Shown here piece by piece: positions 38,630-49,187 of a stretch of DNA of 64,000 nucleotides. Within the stretch, counting starts at the first letter, position 1; each line of letters opens with the position of its first letter. The notes under the pieces were generated by a model. It ran no database searches and was not told the DNA's origin. It saw only the letters and a list, made by a program, of their open reading frames with translations. This stretch comes from Candidatus Thorarchaeota archaeon (GTDB taxonomy: Archaea; Asgardarchaeota; Thorarchaeia; Thorarchaeales; Thorarchaeaceae). The stretch covers positions 1,112,921 through 1,176,920 of the forward strand of contig CP070761.1 of the NCBI GenBank assembly GCA_020348985.1, read 5' to 3'. Both the position numbers and the translations under genes were made by a program.

Positions 38630-41521
38630 ATGCGAACCCTTATGCGACGAAACATGAGTAGGCTTTGGCCTGTGATCTATGCAATCTCTACTTTGAGAAA
38701 CAGACCGTTTGTCAGCGCAGGCTTGACGCTGGTCCTTGGATTGGGACTTGCACTTCCGGTTACGGTCTTCGCTTGGTCAGAAACAGGAATTGCTATTGCA
38801 GCTCATGACTACTCTGCGGACAGCGTCTATCAGTTCAGATTCAGCACTCAGGGAACAGATACTTCCAGCACGGTGAGAAATGCTGCCGACTATGCTGCAA
38901 CAATCGATATCGTCGAAGCGGCTGACTACATTCCGTCAACGTCTGGCATACTCACAGGAGGTAGATTCGGCACGTGGACATGGTACCACATGAACATGCC
39001 ACTAGACATGATGAATCTCGTTGACGCGAGAGTAATCCCTCTGACCGACGAACAGATAGAGCGGTGGACGGGAGAGTTCAATTGCAGAGGTCAGTTCTCA
39101 TTAGAAGATGGTGAGGTGTTGGTTTCACAGCAAGTAGTGAACCTCGCCTCTACACACTTTGGTGAAATCCTTGACATCGGAAGCACAATCAGTATTGATG
39201 TGCTGACTCAAGTTACAAGGCGAGACGGTAACGTTTCACGAAACCAGGCAATAGTAACTAGTCTCTCCAGTCTAACAATTGTAGGAATCTATTCGCCAAA
39301 ATCCATTCTGACACAAATTGGAAGAGCGTTCGAATCGGTTGAAAGAGGCACAGGTGACCCCCTGCGGAATGACCATGCACACGTTCTCGGAATAGACCAT
39401 TCATTGATTATCAGACGTGACTCTCTATCCTATTTTGAACTCTACAATATGGGAGTACAAGGCACCTTCCCACCTAGCGTGCTTCTGAAGGTTTCAGAAG
39501 ATGTAATCGCGGATCTAGATGTGGGTGAGTTGGAGTCTGTGCTGTTGTCTGTGAAATCGCTCATAGAGAGCAGATACCGCACGTTGACCGTGATTGGTGT
39601 GTTGGAAACCAGAAGACTCTCAGCCCAGATTGAGGCGTATTCGCGAAGTCTAATGTTGGCAATGCTGTCTGTACCAGTCATCTTGGTATCTCTTGTTCTG
39701 AGTGTTTTCACCACTGAGGCCGCGTTGACGCGTAGGAAAGGGGAGGTCAGTACGCTTAGAGCGAAGGGTGCAAGCTACAATCAGATTCTCGGAATGTTTG
39801 TTGCAGAGGCAATGATAATCGCTGCCTGTGCCTTCCTGCTTTGCTGTATCGTGGCAGTCTTCGCAGCCCCATTAATGGGTTCTATGACAGGAGGCCTGCT
39901 TGTAGACCCTACGAGGTACGCCCTCTTCGTGGCAAATCTGAGAATCCCGCACTCCGCCCTGCTGATTGCATTTGGAATGTCACTCTTCCTTGTGGGCGCG
40001 TATCAAGTCCAATTGAATCGGCTTTTCGACGTACGTGACATCGCTCAGCTGAACAGACCACACTGGTCAGAGGCAGTACGAGATGTCAGAAGGAGTCCGC
40101 TTCTGCTTTCATTCTTGTTTGTAGCTGCAGGAGTAGCGGCATTGCCGCTCGCCTCTGTCCAAAGCACGAATATAGCAGCCATTGAGATTCTGTTTATTGC
40201 ACTGGCTCTCTTCGCACTCTCGCACCTTGGATCCAACATTCTTCGACCGACTGTGGCACGATTGTTTAGTGGTTCACACAGAGGCCTTGGCGAGGTTTCA
40301 ATCTATGTAAATCGCAGTATCATGAGGAGAAGAAAACAACTCATTCCAATCCTCGTGATTCTGACTTTGACGATAACCACCACCAACGTGCTTCTTGTCG
40401 AGAACTACAGCTTTGAGAAATCGATGCAACAAGAAATCGATTACGCAGTTGGAGCCGACATTCGAATTGAAGGAAACAGAATCCCCCTGACTATGATAGA
40501 ACAGCTCCAAGAGGGCTTTGGAGTAACTTACGTCACTCCGGTGGCGATTGGTGATGTCTATGTGGGAACAAGCCGGCTGACTCTGGTCGGAGTGGACCCA
40601 ATCTCATACCTCAATGTCGGTCGATTCATCTCTAGTTCATTCGTCGATAGGACCCCTTCGTCTGCTCTGACCAAGTTGTCAACTGCGCCCGATGGAATCA
40701 TCCTCTCAGTATTCCATTCGCAGGTCTGGAACAAGACAGTGGGAGATTCGATGGAGATACAGTATACTGTAGAGCTGGAAAGTGTTTCACGTCAGCTTGA
40801 AGTAACAGACATCATGAACAGCGCCCCTGGTCTTGGGTATTCATCGCCGGGCTTGGAAGAGAGTAGAAATGTTGGCAGATCCTACGGGTTCCAGATAGGT
40901 AACGGTTTTGCACTGGTGAACATGGAGCTGTTTGAATCCATCTTCAGTTCCGATTCCACGAATAGATTCTTGGCGAAGCTTGGAGAGCCGAGTGAAGCGC
41001 GAATACAGGTTTATCGCATAATAGACAGTCTTCGCGTAGATGTCTACTCTCCGTTGGTTTCGGAGACTCTGAGCAGTGATTTCGGGACTACTCTGTATTC
41101 AAAGGGCGTTGCTGGCATAACTTCAATCTCAGCAGTCATGTGTTGCCTTATGGGCATATTTGCTATTGGCCTCTTTATGGGTTCTGTTGTGAGGGAGCGC
41201 AAGCCCGAATATGCAATTCTTAGGGCAATGGGGGCTACAAGAAGAAAGATCGTCTTTGCAGTCATTGGAGAGTTTGCAGGACTGCTACTGGTGACTGTAA
41301 TCCTTAGCATTGTGTTGGGATTTATCATAGGAGGCTCAATGACAGTCTTAGTGTTCGCTCTCTCGCCTTACGTTAACTTGATTCCTCCAGTAGCCCATTA
41401 TCCCATCGCGATTCTATCATTGGCGGTAATCACCCAGATCGGTGTGTTCGCAGCTGTTAACTTTGGCCCCGCTAGATCTGCTGGCACTACAGATATGATC
41501 GCAGAACTGAGGAATCTCTGA
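38630..41521 (+). CDS. Large FtsX-family (MacB-like) ABC transporter permease with two FtsX/4-TM modules and large extracytoplasmic domains
   Basis: The 963-aa protein has an N-terminal TM, an extracellular domain, a 4-TM block, a second extracellular domain and a second 4-TM block. No ATPase gene is adjacent. Confidence 0.5.
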   Translation: MRTLMRRNMSRLWPVIYAISTLRNRPFVSAGLTLVLGLGLALPVTVFAWSETGIAIAAHDYSADSVYQFRFSTQGTDTSSTVRNAADYAATIDIVEAADYIPSTSGILTGGRFGTWTWYHMNMPLDMMNLVDARVIPLTDEQIERWTGEFNCRGQFSLEDGEVLVSQQVVNLASTHFGEILDIGSTISIDVLTQVTRRDGNVSRNQAIVTSLSSLTIVGIYSPKSILTQIGRAFESVERGTGDPLRNDHAHVLGIDHSLIIRRDSLSYFELYNMGVQGTFPPSVLLKVSEDVIADLDVGELESVLLSVKSLIESRYRTLTVIGVLETRRLSAQIEAYSRSLMLAMLSVPVILVSLVLSVFTTEAALTRRKGEVSTLRAKGASYNQILGMFVAEAMIIAACAFLLCCIVAVFAAPLMGSMTGGLLVDPTRYALFVANLRIPHSALLIAFGMSLFLVGAYQVQLNRLFDVRDIAQLNRPHWSEAVRDVRRSPLLLSFLFVAAGVAALPLASVQSTNIAAIEILFIALALFALSHLGSNILRPTVARLFSGSHRGLGEVSIYVNRSIMRRRKQLIPILVILTLTITTTNVLLVENYSFEKSMQQEIDYAVGADIRIEGNRIPLTMIEQLQEGFGVTYVTPVAIGDVYVGTSRLTLVGVDPISYLNVGRFISSSFVDRTPSSALTKLSTAPDGIILSVFHSQVWNKTVGDSMEIQYTVELESVSRQLEVTDIMNSAPGLGYSSPGLEESRNVGRSYGFQIGNGFALVNMELFESIFSSDSTNRFLAKLGEPSEARIQVYRIIDSLRVDVYSPLVSETLSSDFGTTLYSKGVAGITSISAVMCCLMGIFAIGLFMGSVVRERKPEYAILRAMGATRRKIVFAVIGEFAGLLLVTVILSIVLGFIIGGSMTVLVFALSPYVNLIPPVAHYPIAILSLAVITQIGVFAAVNFGPARSAGTTDMIAELRNL

Positions 41522-41643
41522 TCCTTCGGCTGGACGGATGATGCGTCTAGATTCATAATGATTAATCCCTTAAGGCGAGGATTCGTCTAATTGACTGTCA
41601 AGATTCATATGGAAAATCCAGTATCATTTGAGGGCGGCCACCG

Positions 41644-42135
41644 ATGGACGAAATCTACATCAGGTATTGGACAACAACAGGACGCGAGAGAATCGAGCCC
41701 TATATGACCAATAGGACAGAAATAAGTCTCGAGTATCGCGACATAGCCGCCATAGACATATTGCCTCTGGTATGGTGCAAGGGTCTGCGCCTACTAAGCC
41801 TCAGAGGAAATCATCTAGCAAACTTGGATTTGATGTCTTTGGCCAGCTGCCCGAATCTCGAGATGTTGAAGCTGAGCTACAACAAACTTCAGGCAATTGA
41901 CCTTACACCACTTGGCCAGTGCACGAATCTGAAGGAATTGTCCCTAGAAAGGAATAGATTCACCTCACTGGATCTTTCCCCACTGTTTGAGTGTCCAAGA
42001 CTTGTTGACCTTGGAATGGACGATTCGATCGAGTTGACGGCCGATTTGATGTTGAGATCAGTCGGAAATTGGCCGGATGTGTTGGTTAACAGATTCTACA
42101 AGATCAAGTGGGAAGTTCCGGCGTACCTCGGCTGA
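41644..42135 (+). CDS. Leucine-rich repeat protein
   Basis: The ORF has tandem LxxLxLxxNxL units, including 'LRLLSLRGNHLANLDL', 'LEMLKLSYNKLQAIDL' and 'LKELSLERNRFTSLDL'. Confidence 0.55.
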   Translation: MDEIYIRYWTTTGRERIEPYMTNRTEISLEYRDIAAIDILPLVWCKGLRLLSLRGNHLANLDLMSLASCPNLEMLKLSYNKLQAIDLTPLGQCTNLKELSLERNRFTSLDLSPLFECPRLVDLGMDDSIELTADLMLRSVGNWPDVLVNRFYKIKWEVPAYLG

Positions 42136-42216
42136 AGGATTCGTGCTAGTCCCGAACCAATCCATTAATAGTAGTTTTCAGAGTCGGAGAGTAGACTTTC
42201 AAGGTGGAATCCGACC

Positions 42217-43581
42217 ATGCAGGTTAGGGATACACTCTGCAACCCAGAGAAGTGCAGCGGAGATTGTCTTGATGCTTGCAAGCATGTTCATGGCGAGGAT
42301 TCACCCCTCGGATTCTCAAGGGAGGCCCGCAGACCAATTATCAATCTCAACACTTGTACTGAATGCCTGGCCTGTTTGAGAGAGTGTCCATTTGATGCAA
42401 TCGTGATAGCTACATCATCGGGAGAAAAGTCACGCCAGTCGCCTTTTGCTCTCGTATCAACTAGGGATGCATCAACTGTTAGACCGTACGAAGTATCAGA
42501 TGACTATCAGAGATTTCCAGAGATTGATGTAATCTTCGCTAGAGTCTATCACGATCCGGATTTCAGCCATTACACGCGTGGCATCTACTCGGATGCTCGT
42601 AGGATGATAGACAAGCGAATTCCCGGCTATGGCCGTGCTGACTTCGAACTGGGGGCGAGTACTTGGAAACTTTACGACAATAGAAAGCAAGCGTCTGAAA
42701 CCTATGACTGGCAAAAGACTCCCGCCCTGAGATCAAAGCCCTCCAAGCCAGACAGGAGGAAACTCACAAAACGAATCAAACGTGCGGCAAAGTTCCTTGG
42801 TGCAGCACTTATTGGCGTAGCAGATCTGGATAGAAGATGGATTTACTCAACTAGTATTGAGGGAGACGAGTATATCTTCCCGGAAGGAATCAATCGTGCG
42901 ATAGTTGTTGCCATCGAGATGGACTATGATCTAATAGATACATCACCTGCATATCCTGCAGCGGTAGCTACAGCAAGGGGCTACTCGCAGATGGCGTATA
43001 TTGAGATTCATCTTGCTGAATTCATCCAAAGGATGGGATATCGGGCAATTTCGTGCGGCAACAATGTCGCATTAAGTGTCCCGCTTGCGATAGATGCTGG
43101 ACTCGGTCAATACGGGAGACATGGCATTCTAATCACGAAGGAGTATGGGCCCCGGGTTCGAATCGCGAAGATACTGACCGACATGCCGCTCATTCCCGAC
43201 AGACCAGATGCTGAGTTTTGTAAGTCGGTTGTGGAGTTCTGCAAGGCCTGTGAGAAATGCGCAATAACGTGTCCTTCTCAGTCTATTCCATACGGCATAG
43301 ATAGGACATGGAAGGGCATGACCAAGTCGAACAATCCGGGAGTCAAGAAGTGGTTCGTGGAACCTGAGACCTGTTATGCATTTTGGGTGCAGAATGGTAA
43401 TGATTGTTCGAACTGTATAAGATCATGTCCGTATAACAAACCGAATAACCTGCTGCATAAGTTCACATTATGGGTTATTCAGCACATGCCTTGGCTGAAC
43501 AGATTTGTAGTCATGATGGATTACCTATTTGGCTTTGGAAGACAGAGGAACCCACAAACAGTTTGGGCAAAGCATGATTAG
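42217..43581 (+). CDS. Reductive-dehalogenase-like (RdhA/QueG-family) iron-sulfur protein with an extra N-terminal ferredoxin-like Cys cluster
   Basis: 'GRHGILITKEYGPRVRIAKILTDMPL' is followed by 'CKACEKCAITCP' and 'CSNCIRSCPYN', the RdhA-type cluster motifs. The N-terminus has additional 'CTECLACLRECP' motifs. Confidence 0.45.
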   Translation: MQVRDTLCNPEKCSGDCLDACKHVHGEDSPLGFSREARRPIINLNTCTECLACLRECPFDAIVIATSSGEKSRQSPFALVSTRDASTVRPYEVSDDYQRFPEIDVIFARVYHDPDFSHYTRGIYSDARRMIDKRIPGYGRADFELGASTWKLYDNRKQASETYDWQKTPALRSKPSKPDRRKLTKRIKRAAKFLGAALIGVADLDRRWIYSTSIEGDEYIFPEGINRAIVVAIEMDYDLIDTSPAYPAAVATARGYSQMAYIEIHLAEFIQRMGYRAISCGNNVALSVPLAIDAGLGQYGRHGILITKEYGPRVRIAKILTDMPLIPDRPDAEFCKSVVEFCKACEKCAITCPSQSIPYGIDRTWKGMTKSNNPGVKKWFVEPETCYAFWVQNGNDCSNCIRSCPYNKPNNLLHKFTLWVIQHMPWLNRFVVMMDYLFGFGRQRNPQTVWAKHD

Positions 43582-43611
43582 AGGTCTATTCCCTAGGGAG
43601 AGAGAACTGAA

Positions 43612-44373
43612 TTGAGCTCATTTGATGAATTGGCACTAGCATACGATAGGGTGATTGACTGGGAGAAGCGGCTGCAGAGAGAGATTCCATTCTTGGTTGA
43701 TAGTTTGCTAGAGATTGCGGAGCCCCGGGTCTTGGACATCGCATGCGGGAGTGGCAGACACTCTGTCGCTCTAGCAAAGAGGGGTGCAAGAGTCACGGGC
43801 TTCGACAACAGCAAGGAAATGATTCAGGCTGCAAAGGAGCTCGCCGAGCAGAATGGCGTTTCGACGAAGTTCTTCTTAGCAGATATGACTGATTTTGCAG
43901 AGATGGTGAGAGACGAGTTCGATCTTGTCGTCTGCCTTGGTAATTCGCTTGCCCTCTTACCGAACACAGATGCCTTGACCAGGTTACTAACTGAAGTCCA
44001 TTCACTACTAGACAAGAACGGTCGGTTTGCCTTTCAAGTCCTGAATTTCCAAGAGATTGTATCAACAGGCTTCAGAGTGTTCCCAATGAAGACAGGAGTA
44101 ACTGAATACGGAGAAGAGGTAGTATTCTCAAGATTCTATGACCATTCAGGCAGTTCCACTCACTCCAAACTCATCTTGACCTCCCATGTCAAAGAGGGAG
44201 AGAATTGGAGGGTCGTATCTAACTCATTGGACGTTCTACGTCTTGACAAGCCAACTGTAAGTCAATCACTGTCCGCGGCCGGGTTTTCCGATTTCCAGCT
44301 ATTCGGTGACTACCAAGAATCATCGTTCTCGGGAACAAGCGACAGGAATATTGTGGTTCGCGCTCATAGATAA
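43612..44373 (+). CDS. Class I SAM-dependent methyltransferase
   Basis: 'VLDIACGSGRHSVALAKRGARVTGFD' is motif I of the class I methyltransferase fold. Confidence 0.65.
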   Translation: MSSFDELALAYDRVIDWEKRLQREIPFLVDSLLEIAEPRVLDIACGSGRHSVALAKRGARVTGFDNSKEMIQAAKELAEQNGVSTKFFLADMTDFAEMVRDEFDLVVCLGNSLALLPNTDALTRLLTEVHSLLDKNGRFAFQVLNFQEIVSTGFRVFPMKTGVTEYGEEVVFSRFYDHSGSSTHSKLILTSHVKEGENWRVVSNSLDVLRLDKPTVSQSLSAAGFSDFQLFGDYQESSFSGTSDRNIVVRAHR

Positions 44374-44449
44374 GAAGCTAAACTCTCTTCAGAACTGAGT
44401 CGCCATAGTTCTCGAAGTCTTCTCCTTCTTTCGCGGACTCCAATCCCTC

Positions 44450-44746
44450 TCAAATCTCATCATCTGAGACCTTCACAAGGTAGGACCGCCATCTCATTCC
44501 ATCGAATGCCTGAGGCACTGGTTCAAGGATGATATCAAACCGGATTTCGTCCGAGGTTCTGTGGTACTCGACCTCATTGCTTACAAAACCGTATGAGAAG
44601 CCAATCTTTCGAAGGAATTTCTTGTTTCGAACATCATAGTACATGAGTCCAATTTCCGCGTTCTCAAACTTCTCGTCCCTGTAGGACTCATGGCGGCTCA
44701 TAATGAATCTGTCATTGAGTTCAAGTGTGAAAGTGGCTGTGGTCAC
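44450..44746 (-). CDS. Hypothetical small protein (possible lipocalin/nitrobindin-like beta-barrel)
   Basis: The ORF begins at a GTG. The frame stays open about 25 codons upstream ('WKFLVGEWKGGTPGGFGEEGEV'), so the start is uncertain. Confidence 0.3.
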   Translation of the reverse strand: MTTATFTLELNDRFIMSRHESYRDEKFENAEIGLMYYDVRNKKFLRKIGFSYGFVSNEVEYHRTSDEIRFDIILEPVPQAFDGMRWRSYLVKVSDDEI

Positions 44747-44902
44747 GACTTCGCCCTCTTCACCAAATCCGCCTGGTGTTCCACCTTTCCATTCGCCGAC
44801 AAGAAACTTCCAATCATCTAATGGGGTTTCAGAGCTTATACCGGGAGAGACCCACCACTCTTCTGATTTATCTACTGGTTAGTGACAAAGTGAAAGGAGG
44901 AA

Positions 44903-45721
44903 GTGACCAAGTTGGAGACTGGCTTGCACAAGAAGCATGTTGTTTTGACCGGAGCCTCGGGAGGGATAGGAACTGAGTTGACTCGTCTTCTTCTTGATGA
45001 AGGAGCAAACGTCACAGGCTCCTTCTATAGCTCCAAAAGAGAACTAGCAGAGCTACTGAGTCAGTATCCAGATCAGCTTTCAGTCGTGAAGACGGACATT
45101 AGAGAGGAGGCCGATGTGAAGGGCCTCTTTGTCCGAGCCAACGATGCATTCGGAAGAGCTGACGTCCTTGTGGCAAATGCTGCTATTGCAAATCTTGAGG
45201 AAAAGCCAATCCACGAGATGTCTCTAAACCAGTGGACCAACACTCTTTCAATCAATCTCACTGGAACATTCCTGAGTGCCAAGCACTTCTTCTCGAATCT
45301 CCAGGAGTACCCTGGGGAAGATGCTTCGTTGATATTGGTAGGCTCTACTGCAGGGCATTTCGGGGAAGCATGGTTTGCAGACTATGCCACTTCAAAGGCC
45401 GCACTATACGGCCTGCTGATGAGTTTGAAGAATGAAATAGTCCACCTTGCTCCAAGGGGAAGAGTGAACCTTGTCAATCCAGGGTGGACGATGACCAAGA
45501 TGGCCGAAGAGGCTCTCATGGATCCTGAGAAGGTAAAGCGCATTCACCAAACGATCCCAATGCGCAAGACCGCATTACCTGCCGATATCGCTCATGTCAT
45601 ACTCTTTTTGGTTTCCGACTATTTGTCCGGTCATATTAGTGGACAGGCAATTACTGTTTCTGGAGGCATGGAGGGACGTGTACTCTATGATCTAGAAAGG
45701 TCTGATGACTACAAGCACTAG
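44903..45721 (+). CDS. Short-chain dehydrogenase/reductase (SDR)
   Basis: The ORF has a 'VLTGASGGIGTEL' Rossmann motif and a 'YATSKAAL' catalytic YxxxK. Confidence 0.7.
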   Translation: MTKLETGLHKKHVVLTGASGGIGTELTRLLLDEGANVTGSFYSSKRELAELLSQYPDQLSVVKTDIREEADVKGLFVRANDAFGRADVLVANAAIANLEEKPIHEMSLNQWTNTLSINLTGTFLSAKHFFSNLQEYPGEDASLILVGSTAGHFGEAWFADYATSKAALYGLLMSLKNEIVHLAPRGRVNLVNPGWTMTKMAEEALMDPEKVKRIHQTIPMRKTALPADIAHVILFLVSDYLSGHISGQAITVSGGMEGRVLYDLERSDDYKH

Positions 45722-45748
45722 AAGCATTCAGCTGTTGATTTGGCTGAG

Positions 45749-47392
45749 CTATTCAGACATTGCCATGCGAGTTGCACCAACTCTGATTATCAGAAGCCCA
45801 ACAGCTATCAAAGCGATACTTGGAGCAAGTAGGGCAAGGGCCATATTGCTGGAATCGATTATCATTGAGATGAGAAGCGCCGGTTGTGATACCAAGAATA
45901 TGGTCAACATTGTGGCACCAGTGTTGTCTTTGAATATCTGGCTTCCAGCATCTTCGTAGTTTGGGTTGTTAGCGGTAACGCCTATACTGATGAGAATCGA
46001 ACCCATGACTGCAATTGACGCGCATCCAAGAATGACGAATGCATCTGCAAGGGGCAAGCCAATAATCAGTGTAATGAGAAGGGCAGTAATCGCGGCCATT
46101 GGGAACCCGAATATGAATGACTGGCCGATTCTTGCCTTCATGTACTTCATCACCCCTTTTGGGGTGCTCTTCAACATCCATAGTTGGTCCTTTGAGTCCA
46201 AGAACCCGATTCCACCGAATGTGAGACCGCCAATCACGGATAGTAGGTTCACAGCCGCCAATCCGGAAACGAAGAGCCTGAGCTCACAACTGAGATCCAA
46301 GAAGGCAGCACTGTTGACCATAAGGGGAAATACTACAGCAATCACTACTCCGAAAGCAATCTTCGAGATGTTCTGTGCCTTCCTTCCGAAGTCCTTCATT
46401 GCTGTAACCAGTAATGTACCATAAGGCGTGGGAAGGACCCATCTTATTCCTTGCAGCACAGGATTCTCTCTTCCGGTTGTCACAATCTGCTCGTAACGGG
46501 GGCCGAAGCCAAGTTTGAATACTCGATCGGATGTCAAGAAAGCCAGACCTATCATCAACAGCGTAAATGCTGACAGTAAGAACGTACAAAGCTGAGGATT
46601 GCTGCCCAAGACAGACTCGTAGGCCAATATGCTGGATGCAGGCAGATTGATTCCGTTGAACAGGATGGTTATCCAAGTAATCAAATCCGCACCCCAGGTG
46701 AACGGGAATAACATGGCACCTTGAGCACCGAGAACGCTGGAAATGGTCTCAGTGGAGAAAAGCATTCCATAGAGAGGGAGAATGGCGACGAAGCCAAGAA
46801 TTACAGAAAGGGCTTTTGCTATATCATTGCCTCTGGGAGAGTCGCCAATCTTTGCTTGTATCGCAGTTGTCAGCAGAGTAGACGTCCAGAGTGTAATCAA
46901 AGCCACGAAGAACAATGCCAAATACATCAGAGCCTGTCCAACCAGAGTGACCTGATAGACTAGTGCAAAGGGTGAAATAACACAAGGCGCAATGAAGAGA
47001 ACTGCAAGACCGTAGATTGGAACTCTCCCCATGAATGTGCCCGTCATAATGTCCCTTGTTCGAACGTTATTGCTGAGCATTATCTCCCATTGCCCAATCT
47101 TGATCTCTTGAAGAGCATAGGAAATCGGATAGACGAGCCACATCAGCCACAAGAACATGATAAGAGAACGCATGTATTCAGGAAATGATGCAATCAGAGA
47201 AGCTTCGAGTGTGGCACCAAACCAGTCCATCACAAAAGAAGCCAGGAATGGAGCCACAATCAAAGCCCAGATTGTGCCGAGAACGAGGAGGGCTCCGCCT
47301 AATGTCCTACGGCGCTTCCTTTGTCTTGAGGTCAGGACAAGAAACTCGACCCTTGCAACATGATACCACTTTCCCGTCATGACCTCGCCCAT
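45749..47392 (-). CDS. Large polytopic permease, paralog A (putative ABC-2 exporter membrane component)
   Basis: The 547-aa ORF has at least 12 TM helices. It shares 'ARVEFLVLTS', 'QEIKIGQWEIMLSNNVRT(R/K)DI' and 'DSPRGNDIAKAL' blocks with the ORF at 49354..51042. It is in the same operon as the ABC ATPase. Confidence 0.5.
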   Translation of the reverse strand: MGEVMTGKWYHVARVEFLVLTSRQRKRRRTLGGALLVLGTIWALIVAPFLASFVMDWFGATLEASLIASFPEYMRSLIMFLWLMWLVYPISYALQEIKIGQWEIMLSNNVRTRDIMTGTFMGRVPIYGLAVLFIAPCVISPFALVYQVTLVGQALMYLALFFVALITLWTSTLLTTAIQAKIGDSPRGNDIAKALSVILGFVAILPLYGMLFSTETISSVLGAQGAMLFPFTWGADLITWITILFNGINLPASSILAYESVLGSNPQLCTFLLSAFTLLMIGLAFLTSDRVFKLGFGPRYEQIVTTGRENPVLQGIRWVLPTPYGTLLVTAMKDFGRKAQNISKIAFGVVIAVVFPLMVNSAAFLDLSCELRLFVSGLAAVNLLSVIGGLTFGGIGFLDSKDQLWMLKSTPKGVMKYMKARIGQSFIFGFPMAAITALLITLIIGLPLADAFVILGCASIAVMGSILISIGVTANNPNYEDAGSQIFKDNTGATMLTIFLVSQPALLISMIIDSSNMALALLAPSIALIAVGLLIIRVGATRMAMSE

Positions 47393-47400
47393 TCCACAGC

Positions 47401-47646
47401 CTAACTTGCCTGACTAGGTACTACTGCTTTTCGAAGTTGTCTTCCCAGATACCATATTATGGACATGGCAATGACGGCAAGAACAATGGAAACCGCAAAT
47501 CGTGCAGGACCCATTTCCTCTCCGGGAATCAAATCTCCAATAGCATTCAACGCAATTATCATAATGACAATGACAACTGCAGTGGAATTCTCAGTGTTCT
47601 TGTCTCTAGTCACTGTTCCTGTTCCATTGGTGTCAACCGAATTCAT
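47401..47646 (-). CDS. Small membrane protein
   Basis: The 81-aa ORF has two hydrophobic helices. It is spaced 8 bp from permease A inside the operon. Confidence 0.35.
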   Translation of the reverse strand: MNSVDTNGTGTVTRDKNTENSTAVVIVIMIIALNAIGDLIPGEEMGPARFAVSIVLAVIAMSIIWYLGRQLRKAVVPSQAS

Positions 47647-47675
47647 GCTTCAGATTCCTCCACTAATTCACTATC

Positions 47676-49187
47676 CTACGTGCCAATCCTTCGTCTCAGG
47701 ACGAGAGCAAGCACAACTACCACACCGAAAGCTCCAGTCAACGGCAAAATCAGTGACATTGGCTGTGCCTGGCTTTCCAACGCGGCCTGAAGTGCGATCC
47801 CTGCGGCCCTCCACGAATCTGCAGTAGCAAGCAAATGACCTGCTATGTCAGCCAAATCCTGTCTGTGGTTCTCAAGAACTACATCGAGGTTTCTACTCGA
47901 GTCGAATTCCTCGACCATTTCAAAGAACGTGTTGGATAATAGAGAGTCGTGATTGGCCAGGTAATCGAAATCAACCAATGTTCCGTTGTCACTCAGTGCG
48001 TCCAAGTGTGTTAGGGCATTCTGACCTGCGACGAGAAAATCGGTCAAATCAAAGTCAGTCAGAAGTCTTGGGAGTGACTCCAGAGCTGTGCGGTATGAGA
48101 GATACTGGAGTGTCAACATGAACTCGAGAAACATCCCAAGATTGGCCAGACGATCAATCTGGTCCTCGAAGTTGTCATATTCCTCAATGTAGAGAGCAAC
48201 ACCTTCTGGAGTGATGTCATAGCTGAGCCCTCGGAATGCCTTTTCGCCGAAGTTTAGGAAGAAAGCGTCTTCGTCCGTAAAGGGGATATAGGATTCTTGC
48301 GCTCCAAGCAGCCTTGACGCCACAAACTCACCGAGTTCTGTTTGGAAGTCAGGTTTCGTCCCATTCTCAGGTTTTATTGTCGTCGTCCCGTAGGCAAATG
48401 CACCCCAAGCATTGTTCAGCTGAGAGTAGTTCATTGTGTAACGCCATCTGCCATCTTCGGGGTAACCAAAATCGTCACCAAAGGCGCCTACACCAGGATC
48501 CAAAATCTCAACGGTCTCGCTCGTATCATTATACCCTATCGCCAGGACAGCATGACCTGAGACAGGGGCAGTTGTGTTTTGGAAAAGTCCATAGTCACGT
48601 AGGATTTGATAGTCGTCAGGGGGGAGATAGTAGGGATCAGTCCACAAGACAACGGGATATCCCTCGTCCAGCGTGTTCTTCATGATCTCAAACGCATCAT
48701 TCCAGCCATGGATTGTATTGATGTCCGGATTCCACTGCGACCATAGCTCAATAGCTGTGTCGACCCAAGGAGAGGTCTCGCTAAGATAGAATTTCTGTTC
48801 TAGTCCGTAGAAGTCACAAATGGGGACCAATTGGCCGACCTGAATGTAAGCAGAACCAGCTAGGAACGTCATTGTGTCGTTAAAGCGAATGTATGCTGCC
48901 GAGAATCCGATTCCCGATGCTGCAAAGAACTCGTGGAGAGTCAAAGGGACCTCTGCGCCGCCAAGAGCCATTGTAACTGCAGCCCAGAAACAGAATCCGC
49001 TAATCTCCTGCCATACATAAGGTGTATCCTGAATCAGTGCTGAACCATCAATGGAAATGGTATGGTCAGGACCCGCAATTACAGGCCCTGACCTATTGTC
49101 GTGTAAGGAGATAGGAAACAATGATAGCGAAAGCAGTAGGAGGACCATGATGGTCATTCGTGTCTTAGGTGAACGAACGACCACCAT
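47676..49187 (-). CDS. Secreted papain-like cysteine peptidase (C39-like / BtrH-N-like) with a C-terminal TM anchor
   Basis: The protein has a signal peptide, a candidate catalytic Cys in 'QEISGFCFWAAVTMALGG', a candidate His in 'SGHAVLAIGYND', and a C-terminal hydrophobic helix followed by 'RRRIGT'. Confidence 0.5.
   Translation of the reverse strand: MVVVRSPKTRMTIMVLLLLSLSLFPISLHDNRSGPVIAGPDHTISIDGSALIQDTPYVWQEISGFCFWAAVTMALGGAEVPLTLHEFFAASGIGFSAAYIRFNDTMTFLAGSAYIQVGQLVPICDFYGLEQKFYLSETSPWVDTAIELWSQWNPDINTIHGWNDAFEIMKNTLDEGYPVVLWTDPYYLPPDDYQILRDYGLFQNTTAPVSGHAVLAIGYNDTSETVEILDPGVGAFGDDFGYPEDGRWRYTMNYSQLNNAWGAFAYGTTTIKPENGTKPDFQTELGEFVASRLLGAQESYIPFTDEDAFFLNFGEKAFRGLSYDITPEGVALYIEEYDNFEDQIDRLANLGMFLEFMLTLQYLSYRTALESLPRLLTDFDLTDFLVAGQNALTHLDALSDNGTLVDFDYLANHDSLLSNTFFEMVEEFDSSRNLDVVLENHRQDLADIAGHLLATADSWRAAGIALQAALESQAQPMSLILPLTGAFGVVVVLALVLRRRIGT

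Noticed and set aside
43140-43165. tRNA T-loop-like 'GGGTTCGAATCGCG' string
   Set aside because: It lies inside the well-supported RdhA-like CDS (it encodes GPRVRIAK), and no cloverleaf can be built around it.
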